DNA from: Nanobdellota archaeon
GTDB taxonomy: Archaea > Nanobdellota > Nanobdellia > Woesearchaeales > JACPBV01
NCBI GenBank assembly: GCA_018813685.1
Contig: JAHJAV010000055.1
Span: 1-40,891 of the forward strand
Direction of reading: 5' to 3'
DNA: 40,891 nt
Positions 19,097-28,640 of the stretch are shown here, piece by piece; the stretch's first letter is position 1; each line of letters opens with the position of its first letter. The position numbers and the translations under genes are program-made. The notes under the pieces were generated by a model. It did not search any database. It was given only the letters and a program-made list of their open reading frames with translations, and was not told the origin of the DNA.

Positions 19097-19843
19097 TTAG
19101 TACACTTTAAAAAGCTTTCTTAATGTCATACTGAAAATGATTGACAGGATAATATACGAGCCTAACCAACCTAATTTCCAACCTAATAAGTTAAAGACAA
19201 TCATCTTTTGATTATCTATATTTATCTGTTTGACTATTTTGTCTTTTACTGGTTTTATAGGTGCTGCATAGTTTTGTTCTTTGGTTATTGTAATATCTTT
19301 AGTATATGTGTTTCCCGCTATGTTATATTCAAGGATATAGCTGCCTTCTTTGCCGTTCAATACCCACTTTAGTTGTGTGTTGTCTATTGTCCTATTAATC
19401 TCACTAACTAATTTGATTCCTTCTGGAACTATAATATAGGCATTTCCGTTTATTCCGTCATACAATGAAACAGTTGTTGTAAAGTCCTGGCCTGGAAGTA
19501 TGGGGTTATAGGCTAAGTGGCCTGTCATCCATCCAAATATCAAGATGATTGGAATAAATGTGAATAAAGTAGATCTCATGGAATGGCTCATGTATTTCAT
19601 ATTTGTCTGCATGGCTTTTTTCTGGACTTCCATCATCTTTTTAGGCTCGCTTTTTAGCTCTTTCATCTCTGTCTGAAGCTCTTTCATCTCGCCTTTTAAC
19701 TGCTTCATGAGACTTTGATTAGTGGTAAACCTATAGATAAGGGTAATTATTAATGTAATGATAAAAGCCATTATCAAGACTACCCATTGTATAGGCAATG
19801 CCAATAATGGATTAAAAACCGGATTTAATATTCCTTCAAACAT
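19097..19843 (-). CDS. DUF106 / EMC3-TMCO1 (Oxa1 superfamily) membrane protein
   Basis: TM - Met-rich coiled coil - TM ... WL..YI..S C-terminal TM; conserved position after secY. Confidence 0.85.
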   Translation of the reverse strand: MFEGILNPVFNPLLALPIQWVVLIMAFIITLIITLIYRFTTNQSLMKQLKGEMKELQTEMKELKSEPKKMMEVQKKAMQTNMKYMSHSMRSTLFTFIPIILIFGWMTGHLAYNPILPGQDFTTTVSLYDGINGNAYIIVPEGIKLVSEINRTIDNTQLKWVLNGKEGSYILEYNIAGNTYTKDITITKEQNYAAPIKPVKDKIVKQINIDNQKMIVFNLLGWKLGWLGSYIILSIIFSMTLRKLFKVY

Positions 19844-19845
19844 AT

Positions 19846-21255
19846 TTAACCTCCCATAAATTTCCTTAATGCAGGATACATATCCATCATATGCTGTTTA
19901 GCTATGTCTTCGTATAGTTTGTAAACAATCATGACTGTCAATAAAATACCTGTTCCTCTGCTTAGTGCTCCTGTCAAATCTGCAACTGCTGCTAAAAAAC
20001 CAACTGTGATAGCCCCCATTATAGTCAATGGCCAGATATACCTATTAAGAAGATTTTCTAAGACTCTTTGGTCTCTTCTAAAACCAGGAATCTGCAATCC
20101 AGAGGCGAGCATTTGTTTTGCTTGTGATTTAGCGTCCATTCCTGCTGTCTGAACCCAAAATATACTGAACAAAACAGAGCCACATATCATAAAAAGAGTG
20201 TATACTAATGCCTGGATTACTTGAGCTCCGCTGATAGAATGAGTTAATATGTTGTTAACGATTTCAGGTGACTGCAGCCAATAAACAAATCCTCCAATAA
20301 GACTGCCTGTGCTTTCGCTAAACCTTGCAAAAATATTTGGACCAAACCAATTCTGCAATAGTCTGCCCCATAACTGCATGTTTGCCATCAAGGCAGCAAC
20401 TAAGATAACTGGGATATTGCTTGTGTAGATAAATGCTAATGGCCATCTTATCCCATGACCCCTTATCCTGCCAAAACTTAATGGAATTTCGACTTTCATT
20501 GCCTGGGCATATACTGCAAGAACAAAAACTAAAACAGTACTTATCAAAGTAGCTATTTTTATTCCTGCTGTTGTAGGGTCGCCTGCTGCAAGCGCCTGGA
20601 ACAAAGCAGGTATTGCGCCTATTGAATATGTTATACCAGTCAATCCACCTGGACCTGGAAGCCAATTAAATGCCTGGACAAATATCTGCTGTGAGACTCC
20701 TGCTGCAATAAACAAGCTTATACCTGAGCCAAATCCCCATTTGCTTACAACTTCGTCCATAAACATGATGAGCATTCCGCCTAAGAATAGCTGGAAAACC
20801 AGCAGGAGCTCTATTTGAAGAAATAAAGGGGTTCCCCTAAATACTTCGTTTGGAGCTAAGCCGCCCATGAATACATAGATTATGGCTTCGAATATTATGA
20901 AAAAGATGCTTAAAAGCTTTTGAATTCCCTGAAATGATTTCTTGCCTTCAGGAGTAGTCAAATCAAATTTTACAATACCTGACCCATTTAACAACTGGAG
21001 CACGATAGATGAAGTGACCATTGGCCCAATGCCTAATGAGATAAGCGAGCCAAACTGGGCTGCCAAGATAATAGAAAGATATTCAAATCTTTGCAAAGCG
21101 TTTTGGCCTAATCCAAACAAGGGCATTAATCCAAGAACAAAAAAGATACCTAGAATAATCGCTGTCCACTTTAATTTTTCCTTGAAGGATAATCTTTTCT
21201 GTGTAGGACCAGCAACTTCAGGAAGATTGTTAATAAATGATTTCCAAATAGACAT
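19846..21255 (-). CDS. secY: Preprotein translocase SecY (Sec61-alpha)
   Basis: LGIGP.VTSSI.LQLL.G, DEVVSKWGFGSGISLFIAAGV, YTSNIP.IL, QIPGFRRD, GTGILLTV. Confidence 0.97.
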   Translation of the reverse strand: MSIWKSFINNLPEVAGPTQKRLSFKEKLKWTAIILGIFFVLGLMPLFGLGQNALQRFEYLSIILAAQFGSLISLGIGPMVTSSIVLQLLNGSGIVKFDLTTPEGKKSFQGIQKLLSIFFIIFEAIIYVFMGGLAPNEVFRGTPLFLQIELLLVFQLFLGGMLIMFMDEVVSKWGFGSGISLFIAAGVSQQIFVQAFNWLPGPGGLTGITYSIGAIPALFQALAAGDPTTAGIKIATLISTVLVFVLAVYAQAMKVEIPLSFGRIRGHGIRWPLAFIYTSNIPVILVAALMANMQLWGRLLQNWFGPNIFARFSESTGSLIGGFVYWLQSPEIVNNILTHSISGAQVIQALVYTLFMICGSVLFSIFWVQTAGMDAKSQAKQMLASGLQIPGFRRDQRVLENLLNRYIWPLTIMGAITVGFLAAVADLTGALSRGTGILLTVMIVYKLYEDIAKQHMMDMYPALRKFMGG

Positions 21256-21256
21256 T

Positions 21257-21730
21257 TTATTCAGAAGAATTTACCTCTCCTTCTTTTTCAGTTAAAATTA
21301 CTTCTCCGCCTGCATTCTTTATTTTCTCAACGGCCTTGCTTGAAGCGTATCCAACAGTTATCTTGAATTTGTTGATTACCTTGCCGTTTCCAAGCAGTTT
21401 GTTATAACCCATCTTTGAGAGGTCGATTATATAAATGTTGCCTTCTTTTAAAACCAACTTATCTTTAATGAGTTTTTCCAATTTGCATTGGATATCATCA
21501 ATGTTTACTGCATTTATCTTATCCTGAACTCCTTTGAACTTAAAGCCGTGCTTGCCAAAATAATCCTTATCCTTCCATATCAATGTTTTTATGGCGTCTC
21601 CCCTTTTACCAGTTCCAGCCATTCCTACGCCACCACGGTTACCAGAGCCTCTGTGCTTTTTCTTACTACCCCAACCGTGAGTATGCCTTCCCCTCTGCCT
21701 GCTGAATTTTTTTCTTTTATTGACTACCAT
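21257..21730 (-). CDS. rpl15: 50S ribosomal protein L15
   Basis: RG..THGWG..KKHRG.G.RGG.G.AG, KLLG.G, AVEKI..AGG. Confidence 0.95.
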   Translation of the reverse strand: MVVNKRKKFSRQRGRHTHGWGSKKKHRGSGNRGGVGMAGTGKRGDAIKTLIWKDKDYFGKHGFKFKGVQDKINAVNIDDIQCKLEKLIKDKLVLKEGNIYIIDLSKMGYNKLLGNGKVINKFKITVGYASSKAVEKIKNAGGEVILTEKEGEVNSSE

Positions 21731-22162
21731 TTAGATCATCCTTTTTATCAAATCATTAATCTTATCTGCCCTATAACCTAAAGCCCCGTGAGACCTGAAG
21801 CTTACTTTTATGCCTTTTCTTCCAAATCCTTTTTTTGGCGGGCTAAGCCTGAAGAAGGGCTTTATTTTCTTATTGTTGATTGTAATAAATTTATTTGAGT
21901 ATTTTATCTTACCTTTTCTGTCTTCTTCTCTTCCTTTGAATTCTTCTCCTCTCTTTTCTACAAGTTCCTTGTAGATTGAGTCATCTAATTCACCATAAGT
22001 TACATAATCCTTTACCTTTTTTATCATGCCCTGGATTGAAGGTGTATTATCTACAACAACACAAAAGTTTTTCCTGTACAATCTTAAAAGGTTCATTGTT
22101 TCCTTAACTTCATAATTAAGATTTACAGCTCCCCTTACCCTTATTATTGCTATTTTATCCAT
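21731..22162 (-). CDS. rpl30: 50S ribosomal protein L30 (archaeal)
   Basis: AIIRVRG, GMIKKVKDYVTYGE, FRLSPPKKG, INDLIKRM. Confidence 0.93.
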   Translation of the reverse strand: MDKIAIIRVRGAVNLNYEVKETMNLLRLYRKNFCVVVDNTPSIQGMIKKVKDYVTYGELDDSIYKELVEKRGEEFKGREEDRKGKIKYSNKFITINNKKIKPFFRLSPPKKGFGRKGIKVSFRSHGALGYRADKINDLIKRMI

Positions 22163-22163
22163 T

Positions 22164-23030
22164 TTATTCTACCTTTTCAGCAACTTTGCCTTCAATTATA
22201 CCTATAGTCTCAAAGTATTTACTAGCTACTTTCATCTTGACTAGGTTTCTTAATGCATCAAAACATGCTTCTATTAAGTTTGTTTTTGTTCTTGTTTGGC
22301 CCTTTGTTTTTGACCAAACATCTTTTATGCCTGCTAATTTCAAGATAGTTGCGCATCCTTGTTCAACACACAAACCAGTTCCTTTTGGAGCAGGCATTAA
22401 TTCTATGATGCAGCTTCCGCATTTTCCTTTTACTGCAAATGGGATTGTATGAGGTTCTCTGCAATCACACTGCCAGCTTCCGCAGCCTCTTCTGATCTTA
22501 ATAACATTTAATTTTGCTTTTCTTATTGCTTTTTCTCTTGCAGGAACTGTTTCCTTGCTTTTTCCATAACCTAAACCTACATGACCATTATTATCCCCTA
22601 CTACAGCTGATGTAGCGAAATGAGGCTTATTCCCTTCCTGAGTTTTTTTCTGAGTCTGTTTGAATACTCTTCTTTTACCGCCACCAAATTTGCCTTTAGA
22701 CTGGCCGATTAGCAGTAAGTCTGTTGTCAAGTCTGGGAGCAGGGCATCTACAATCTCTGATTCTAATATCTTTAAACCGCCATCGAGTATCTCATCAATA
22801 TCAGTTATTTCGCCATTCTTAATTTTTTTTCCAATCCCTGTTTTAGGTTTCCAAGCTCCCTTGTCAAAAGTTGGCTTTTGCTTTACTTCTTTCAATATCT
22901 GGACTTCTACATCTTCTATCACTTCTTCTTTTGTTTCTTCTTTTGTTTCTTCTTTTGTTTCTTCTTTAACTAGTTCTTCTTCTTTAGTTGATTCTTCTTT
23001 CTTAGCTTTTTTTTCTGTATCTTTTGGCAT
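22164..23030 (-). CDS. rps5: 30S ribosomal protein S5 with acidic N-terminal extension
   Basis: WKPKT..G, VVGD.NG.VGLG.GK, IRRGCGSW.C.C, PAPKGTGL, AGIKDVW. Confidence 0.95.
   Translation of the reverse strand: MPKDTEKKAKKEESTKEEELVKEETKEETKEETKEEVIEDVEVQILKEVKQKPTFDKGAWKPKTGIGKKIKNGEITDIDEILDGGLKILESEIVDALLPDLTTDLLLIGQSKGKFGGGKRRVFKQTQKKTQEGNKPHFATSAVVGDNNGHVGLGYGKSKETVPAREKAIRKAKLNVIKIRRGCGSWQCDCREPHTIPFAVKGKCGSCIIELMPAPKGTGLCVEQGCATILKLAGIKDVWSKTKGQTRTKTNLIEACFDALRNLVKMKVASKYFETIGIIEGKVAEKVE
22923..22967. repeat. In-frame 12-bp tandem repeat (EETK) in the rps5 N-terminus
   Basis: ttcttcttttgt x3 plus a partial copy. Confidence 0.85.
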
Positions 23031-23031
23031 T

Positions 23032-23526
23032 TTATGCACCTAAAACCTTAGTTTTTACTTCTTCGAATTTTTTAGTATCAAAATTTTTGATGTGTTTTCC
23101 GTTTATCCTATCCCCTGAAGGAAGAATCTCTTTTGAATGTGGAATAACCACGCCGCTGTCAATACATCCTTTCAATAAAGAATATACTCTTGAGCCTTTT
23201 ATTGACTTCTGGGATCCCAGGTCTAATATCATTTCTTTTATGTTTTTCTTTTTTGATTTGCTGCCTATCAAAAGCCCAACAAGATATGCTGAAGGGATAT
23301 TGCCGCAATTTTTATCCCAGCTGTATTTCTTCAATTCCGCTGAATGTGAGGAAACTATGACCCTGTCTCCCTTTTCATCATACTCAACAACCTGAGCAAG
23401 TATATTATTAAGGCTTTTTCTTACAACTAATCTTGGCTTATTGGCTGATAAGATTGCTAATCTTTTTCTATAATCTGTCTTACCCATCCTTTTTCTTTTG
23501 AAACCAACTGAATAATTCTTTCTCAT
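23032..23526 (-). CDS. rpl18: 50S ribosomal protein L18
   Basis: RKR.GKTDY.KRL..L....PRLVVRKS, N.PSAYL.G. Confidence 0.95.
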   Translation of the reverse strand: MRKNYSVGFKRKRMGKTDYRKRLAILSANKPRLVVRKSLNNILAQVVEYDEKGDRVIVSSHSAELKKYSWDKNCGNIPSAYLVGLLIGSKSKKKNIKEMILDLGSQKSIKGSRVYSLLKGCIDSGVVIPHSKEILPSGDRINGKHIKNFDTKKFEEVKTKVLGA

Positions 23527-23963
23527 TTTTTAACTCTCTCCTCTAAATGAATCTTGATGTGCCTTTTGCTTCTGAAAAAACCACCTTTTGATTTTAAATA
23601 AAGTTCCCTATAAAGTTTTTTATCGATTGTTTTTCCCTTTAGGGCGTTCAAAAGCTGCCTTTGGGCCCTTACCTTATTTATCCATGCCCTCTTAGAGGTT
23701 AATCTTGCCCCCCTGCTTCCTTTTCTTGCGCCTGGCCCTTTCTGTTTTCCCTTTCTTCTTTGAACAAGCCTTTTTCTGGCCCTTACTCTTGAAACTCCCC
23801 TTTTGTTAAGCTTGGTGATTGCGTTGTCGTTTATCAGACCCCTTATATCGACTTTAGTGATTGCCTCTTTTATATCCTCTAACCTATCCTCATCGAATCT
23901 TATTCTCTTTGGTGAACATTTGCATAAGTCTGCTGCAAGCCTTTTTTGATTAGATAAGTCCAT
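23523..23963 (-). CDS. rpl19e: 50S ribosomal protein L19e
   Basis: QKRLAA, AIT..DIR.LI, G.GARKG..GAR, YR.LY...KGG.F. Confidence 0.95.
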   Translation of the reverse strand: MDLSNQKRLAADLCKCSPKRIRFDEDRLEDIKEAITKVDIRGLINDNAITKLNKRGVSRVRARKRLVQRRKGKQKGPGARKGSRGARLTSKRAWINKVRAQRQLLNALKGKTIDKKLYRELYLKSKGGFFRSKRHIKIHLEERVKK

Positions 23964-24526
23964 TATATTTCCCTCTTAGTAAGCAATTTGTCTTTTTCTT
24001 TCTTTTCCTGTTCTTTTTTCTCTTCGTCAGTAAGTTTCTCTTCAAGCTTATCTGTTTTTACTTCCTTAGCTGATTCTTTCTTTGCTTTTTTCTCTTGTTT
24101 TTTCTTCTTTTTTTCAAATCTCTTATTCAGCTCTTCTTCTTTATTGGTTAAGTATTTGTCAACATTAAGGTTAAGAACTTTTATTCCATTTTCCTTTGCT
24201 TTTTTCAATAAAGCTATCTTGTTTTTTAGGCTTACATTGCCTGCAATGATTATTCCTTCTTTTGACTTATCGATTGAGTTTAGATCTGACTCGTTCATTA
24301 TTATCTTCATGACTAAACCTGACCTATGCAATCCCCTTGTTTCCTTAGGTGAACCATATCCGTCCTGAACTTTATTAGGGTGGCCTGATTTTTTTAATCT
24401 TACCTTGGAGTGAAGCCCCCTTGGATTAACCCATTTCTTCTTAAGGCGCTTATGATTGTTGTAATCCTGCCTAATAAAAGCCGGCTTCTTTTTCCTCATC
24501 TGAATCGCTAAATCTAATAATTTCAT
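23963..24526 (-). CDS. rpl32e: 50S ribosomal protein L32e with K/E-rich C-terminal tail
   Basis: KKP.F.RQD, W..PRG..SK.R, GYGSP..RGLH.SG. Confidence 0.92.
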   Translation of the reverse strand: MKLLDLAIQMRKKKPAFIRQDYNNHKRLKKKWVNPRGLHSKVRLKKSGHPNKVQDGYGSPKETRGLHRSGLVMKIIMNESDLNSIDKSKEGIIIAGNVSLKNKIALLKKAKENGIKVLNLNVDKYLTNKEEELNKRFEKKKKKQEKKAKKESAKEVKTDKLEEKLTDEEKKEQEKKEKDKLLTKREI

Positions 24527-25077
24527 TTTAATAATTTACCATCCTTTTCAATTATCCATATTCCATCCTGGAAAATCCTAAGATCATATTGTGTCCTTTT
24601 TGTCAATTTTTCAATATCTGCTGCAACCTGTGAAGATAATTCTTTATCTGGAGATTCAACTGTTATTAAATCGCCTTCTACAGTTACTTTAGCTCCTGTT
24701 TTCAGTTTTATCGCTCTTGGAATCTTTTCACCAAAAAAGTTCTTTACTGTAAACTCATTTCCTTTGATAGAAACATTCATAGGGAAATGGCCTGAGCATA
24801 TCTTTAATACGCATCTTGAACCTTCTTCTGCACTCTTGAACATATTTTTTGCATGAGCGCTGAATGTTTCGACTAATTTTCTTTGCCTTTTGCTTTTTTT
24901 CAGTGCCTGTATGATAAACTGAGTTCCTTCTTTCCTGATAGTTATATTAGGATCAGACATCTTTTTAGCTACTTCGCCTGATTTGCCTTTAACCTTAACT
25001 ATAGGGCCAACTAGTTCAACGTTAACCCCCTGAGGGATTTCCAGCACAACCTTGATCTCTTTCTTTGATTTTCCCAT
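24523..25077 (-). CDS. rpl6: 50S ribosomal protein L6
   Basis: IPQGV, HFPM.V, NFFGEK.PR, D.RIFQDGI. Confidence 0.95.
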   Translation of the reverse strand: MGKSKKEIKVVLEIPQGVNVELVGPIVKVKGKSGEVAKKMSDPNITIRKEGTQFIIQALKKSKRQRKLVETFSAHAKNMFKSAEEGSRCVLKICSGHFPMNVSIKGNEFTVKNFFGEKIPRAIKLKTGAKVTVEGDLITVESPDKELSSQVAADIEKLTKRTQYDLRIFQDGIWIIEKDGKLLK

Positions 25078-25078
25078 T

Positions 25079-25468
25079 TTAGTAACAATAAGCCAATAAT
25101 TTTCCGCCTATATTTTTCTTCTTTGCATCTGTGTGAGTCATAATACCCTGAGGGGTTGAAACGAAGATTATTCCAAAATCTTTTGCAGGAAGATATCTCT
25201 TTTCAATCTTTTCATAACCATCTTTTTTTACGCTGAACCTGGGCTTTATCGCTCCGCATTTATTGATGTTTCCCAAAAGATTAAGCTTCAAAACAGCCTT
25301 ATTATTATGAACCATCTCTTCAAATGAGCCTATATACCCATTTTCATCCATTATCTTAAATACTGCCTTGATTATATTAGAGCATGGCGAAATAGTACAT
25401 TCTTTTTTGCCTATCTTTTCATTGTTTAATATTACCGATAATGCATTTGCCAAAGTGTCATTTAACAT
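25079..25468 (-). CDS. rps8: 30S ribosomal protein S8
   Basis: D.LANALS, INKCGAIKPRF, YLPAKDFG, GGKLLAYCY; ATG 25468. Confidence 0.95.
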   Translation of the reverse strand: MLNDTLANALSVILNNEKIGKKECTISPCSNIIKAVFKIMDENGYIGSFEEMVHNNKAVLKLNLLGNINKCGAIKPRFSVKKDGYEKIEKRYLPAKDFGIIFVSTPQGIMTHTDAKKKNIGGKLLAYCY

Positions 25469-25476
25469 TTTAAACC

Positions 25477-25707
25477 TCAATTGTATTTCTTGAATCCGAT
25501 ATCATGCGCTACGTCTCTAAAGCACCTTCTGCACAAGTCTAGACCATATTTTCCGATATGGGCCCTGGGATTTCCACAAAGCCTGCAACTATGCGCTTTT
25601 GATCCAAACTTACGTTCTTTTGGTGCATTGTGCTTTAAAAACCTATTAAGCTTGACTGGTTTTGATTTCAGCTGCTTGAAAACTTTTTTATGATCTGAAT
25701 AACTCAT
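25477..25707 (-). CDS. rps14: 30S ribosomal protein S14 (Zn type, N-terminally extended)
   Basis: CxxCG...I.KYGL.LCRRCFR..A..IGF.KY. Confidence 0.93.
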   Translation of the reverse strand: MSYSDHKKVFKQLKSKPVKLNRFLKHNAPKERKFGSKAHSCRLCGNPRAHIGKYGLDLCRRCFRDVAHDIGFKKYN

Positions 25708-26219
25708 TCTTCTTCACCTATTTTAACATTAAATTTTTTCGTAATAAATTCTATTGCTTCTTCTTTTGTTATCTTTTGTTTAGCAGGTATCTTTTTTCTA
25801 AGAATTCTTCTTCTTTTTATCCTGAAGCCTGGCCTTTCAAGAGTTATGCAAACTTCTAAGCCCATCATGCCTATCTTAGGGTCATATTTTGCCCCAGGGA
25901 TATCCATATATTCATGAATGCCAAATGCTATGTTACCCTCTTTATCAAATTGATGAGGATTTAACCTGTTTTCCTTTGCCTCGAAAAGCCTTTTTAATAT
26001 CTCTTCTGCTTTCTTTTTTCTCAAAGTAAGCTTGCAACCAATAGGCAAGCCGGGCCTTAGGCCCCATGAAGGTATTCTCTTTTGAGTGAATGTTTTAACT
26101 GGATCTATACCTGTGATGCTTTTCAAGAGAACAATCCCTTTTTCAAGCTTAGACTGCTCTTTACCTGCACCCACATTCAGGGTTATTTTCTCTATCCTTA
26201 TTGATTTCATCGGATTCAT
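25704..26219 (-). CDS. rpl5: 50S ribosomal protein L5
   Basis: NPM..I.IEK.TLN.G.G, IGCK.TLR, FD..GN.AFGI, YDP.IG..G. Confidence 0.96.
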   Translation of the reverse strand: MNPMKSIRIEKITLNVGAGKEQSKLEKGIVLLKSITGIDPVKTFTQKRIPSWGLRPGLPIGCKLTLRKKKAEEILKRLFEAKENRLNPHQFDKEGNIAFGIHEYMDIPGAKYDPKIGMMGLEVCITLERPGFRIKRRRILRKKIPAKQKITKEEAIEFITKKFNVKIGEEE

Positions 26220-26220
26220 T

Positions 26221-26910
26221 TTATTTGGTTGTTAATGAAAATAATGGCTTGTCTTTGCCAATCACAAAGACGTATCTTTTCAATGTTTCAACTAAGTCTC
26301 CATTTTCTCTTTTGTAAGTAATCTTATTTGCGATTATGTCCTCTACTTTGCCTGTATCGCCCATATGCTTACCGCCGATAAGGCAGATTGTGCTCCCTTT
26401 TTCTAATTTGAAATGATCTTTTATCTCTTGTTTAGGCAATGTTATGACTAATGTGTCTCCTGTCTTGTATTCGTCTTTATCGACTAAGATGTTTTTTCCA
26501 TCATAAAGATTGATCTGAGTTTTGCCATTTACCATGTGCTTGCCCATTATCTTACATGGCTTTATCTCTGCATCTTTCTTTTCTATGCTTAATACGCTTA
26601 TCTTGCCTTTGATCAACACTACCCTAAAATATTGATTTGTTTTTTTGATCTCAATAACGTCCATTATGCCTACAGGGAATTTTGATTCTTTTCTTCTTAT
26701 GCCATCAACAAGTATCTCATTGTTATAAAGAATCTTTACAACTTCTTTTGAGGTTTTGGCTAATTTAAGCATGTCCCTCAATAATACCTTTAAAGGTAAA
26801 CCTAAACTGAATGAATGAGGACCTGGATTAGGCCTTGTTATAAAAGTGATATTTCTTCTTTTCACTGGCCATGCCTTACTAATAGCGGGCCTTTTAAGGT
26901 GTCTTTTCAT
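26221..26910 (-). CDS. rps4e: 30S ribosomal protein S4e
   Basis: HLKR....W, P.PGPH, VDG.RR...FPVG.MDVI, GGKH.G..G, YVFVIG. Confidence 0.95.
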   Translation of the reverse strand: MKRHLKRPAISKAWPVKRRNITFITRPNPGPHSFSLGLPLKVLLRDMLKLAKTSKEVVKILYNNEILVDGIRRKESKFPVGIMDVIEIKKTNQYFRVVLIKGKISVLSIEKKDAEIKPCKIMGKHMVNGKTQINLYDGKNILVDKDEYKTGDTLVITLPKQEIKDHFKLEKGSTICLIGGKHMGDTGKVEDIIANKITYKRENGDLVETLKRYVFVIGKDKPLFSLTTK

Positions 26911-27293
26911 TTTCCTTTCCTCTCAATTATCTTTTGCCTGTTCTTATCATCAAGGCTTAATTCAGTTATTATCAAATTTGATGGGTGAATCGGATAAGTT
27001 GATTTTGTTCCGTCTTTTCTGGTTATTTCTATCCCTGTAAGGTAAACGCGTGTTTTCTTAAGGTCAATCCTGTCTACTGTGCCCTGGTGTTTTTTGAATT
27101 GGCCCCTTACTACAGTTACCTTATCGCCTTTTTTCAAGCCCAGGTTCCTTTTTTTATATTTCTTGAGCAGCTCTTTTGATAAATGAACATGCACGAATTT
27201 CTGCTTTATATGAAGAGGAGCATTATGCCTGTATTTTCTCTGCTTTCTCTTCTGGCTGCTTGATTTCCATGCTGTTGAAAATAATTTTTTCAT
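26907..27293 (-). CDS. rpl24: 50S ribosomal protein L24
   Basis: RKQRK...NAPLH, KGD.V.V.RG.FK, PIHPSNL.I..L. Confidence 0.95.
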   Translation of the reverse strand: MKKLFSTAWKSSSQKRKQRKYRHNAPLHIKQKFVHVHLSKELLKKYKKRNLGLKKGDKVTVVRGQFKKHQGTVDRIDLKKTRVYLTGIEITRKDGTKSTYPIHPSNLIITELSLDDKNRQKIIERKGK

Positions 27294-27294
27294 T

Positions 27295-27696
27295 TTACAC
27301 CACTATCTTTGCTACTTTTGCAATACCTGGCCATCTTTCAGTAGCTTCTTTTGCAATAGCCCCCTTAAAGATTGTACCCTTGGGATTTCCCTTATCATCC
27401 TTTAATACTACAGCTGCATTGTCTTCGAATTTTACCCTCATGCCGTCAGGCCTTCTGAATTCTCTTCTTTGCCTTACAATAACTGCCAAGACTGTCTGTT
27501 TTCTCATATCAGGCCTGCCTCTTTTTACAGCTGTCATGACTAAGTCACCAACACCTGCTGCCTGCCTTCTTCCCTTTACAGTCTTGTTTCTATATACGCT
27601 GAATATCTTGAGTGATTTGGCCCCTGAATTATCACAGGTGTCAATTATTGAACCTACAGGTAATGCCCTAGTTACTCTTGCTTTGACTGCCTGCAT
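27295..27696 (-). CDS. rpl14: 50S ribosomal protein L14
   Basis: DNSGAK, AGVGD, VRQR...RRPDG.RV.FEDNAAV; ATG 27696 after SD aggagg. Confidence 0.96.
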   Translation of the reverse strand: MQAVKARVTRALPVGSIIDTCDNSGAKSLKIFSVYRNKTVKGRRQAAGVGDLVMTAVKRGRPDMRKQTVLAVIVRQRREFRRPDGMRVKFEDNAAVVLKDDKGNPKGTIFKGAIAKEATERWPGIAKVAKIVV

Positions 27697-28114
27697 CTTT
27701 TTCCTCCTGAACTTCTTCTTTTTCCTTTTTCCTTGTTTTTCCTTCTTCGAGAGCTTCCATTCTCTCTTTGAATCCTTTTTCTCTTCCAAGATTTTCTATA
27801 ACTACAAAATTTTTAGTCTTGCTCAATGGCCTGCATTCAGAGATTCTTACAATATCTCCTTCTCTTGCACCTAAGCATTCTGGGTTATGAGCTTTTATCT
27901 TTGTCCTTCTTTTTTCGTATCTTTCATATTTAGGAATAACAGCCTGCCTTTCGAACTCCACTGTTGCTGTTTTCTGCATCTTTGTAGAGCTTATTGTGCC
28001 TGTAAATATCTTGCCCCTGCATTTTAGACTGCCATGAAAGGGGCAATTAGGATCATTACAACTATTGCTATTGGATTTTACCTTTATGCCTATGTTTTTG
28101 CTAGTTTCTTTCAT
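27668..28114 (-). CDS. rps17: 30S ribosomal protein S17 with charged C-terminal tail
   Basis: C.D.NCPFHG.L..RG, KYERYEKRR, ECRPLSKTK.FVV. Confidence 0.95.
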   Translation of the reverse strand: MKETSKNIGIKVKSNSNSCNDPNCPFHGSLKCRGKIFTGTISSTKMQKTATVEFERQAVIPKYERYEKRRTKIKAHNPECLGAREGDIVRISECRPLSKTKNFVVIENLGREKGFKERMEALEEGKTRKKEKEEVQEEKDAGSQSKSN

Positions 28115-28125
28115 TTTTTTACCTT

Positions 28126-28434
28126 TTATCTCACTTCGATTGTCTCTGGCGCGAAACCGGATTGAATCAATATTCCCTTTACTTTCTGCTTATGGTCGCC
28201 CTGAAGCTCTATCCTTCCTTCTTTTGCTGTACCGCCACAAGCAAATTTACTTTTTAACCTCTTGGCCAAATCCTTAAGGTTAATCTCTTTTTCATCAATG
28301 CCTTCAATTATTGTGCTTACTTTGTTGAATTTCTTCTTCACTATTTTTACTATAATCTTTTGGCTTTCTTTTGCTATTGTTTCGCAAACGCAAAGCTCTT
28401 TTGGCAACCCGCATCTTGTGCAAATTTCACTCAT
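28126..28434 (-). CDS. sui1: Translation initiation factor aIF1 (SUI1)
   Basis: C..CGLP.ELCVCE.IAKE, LKSKFACGGT, IELQGDH. Confidence 0.95.
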   Translation of the reverse strand: MSEICTRCGLPKELCVCETIAKESQKIIVKIVKKKFNKVSTIIEGIDEKEINLKDLAKRLKSKFACGGTAKEGRIELQGDHKQKVKGILIQSGFAPETIEVR

Positions 28435-28640
28435 GTTTTGTTATCAACCTCTTTTGATTTTTCAGTTAAAATTGTCAATATCCTTGCGATGTTCTTTTTT
28501 ACTTCTCTAACCTGACCAGGGCTTTTAGGAGTTGTACCTGTGGAAATCTGGGCGTTAAGCTTGATGCGCTCTTTCTTAAGCTCTTCCAACTTTACATTAA
28601 GGTCTTCCTTACTCAGCGACCTTATTTCCTTGGCTTTCAT
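28431..28640 (-). CDS. rpl29: 50S ribosomal protein L29
   Basis: EIR.LS..DL..KL.ELK.E, PG..RE.KK.IARILT. Confidence 0.92.
   Translation of the reverse strand: MKAKEIRSLSKEDLNVKLEELKKERIKLNAQISTGTTPKSPGQVREVKKNIARILTILTEKSKEVDNKT

Noticed and set aside
27697-27789. N-terminal extension of L14 in the ORF track
   Set aside because: It overlaps rps17; the SD-preceded ATG at 27696 gives the canonical protein.
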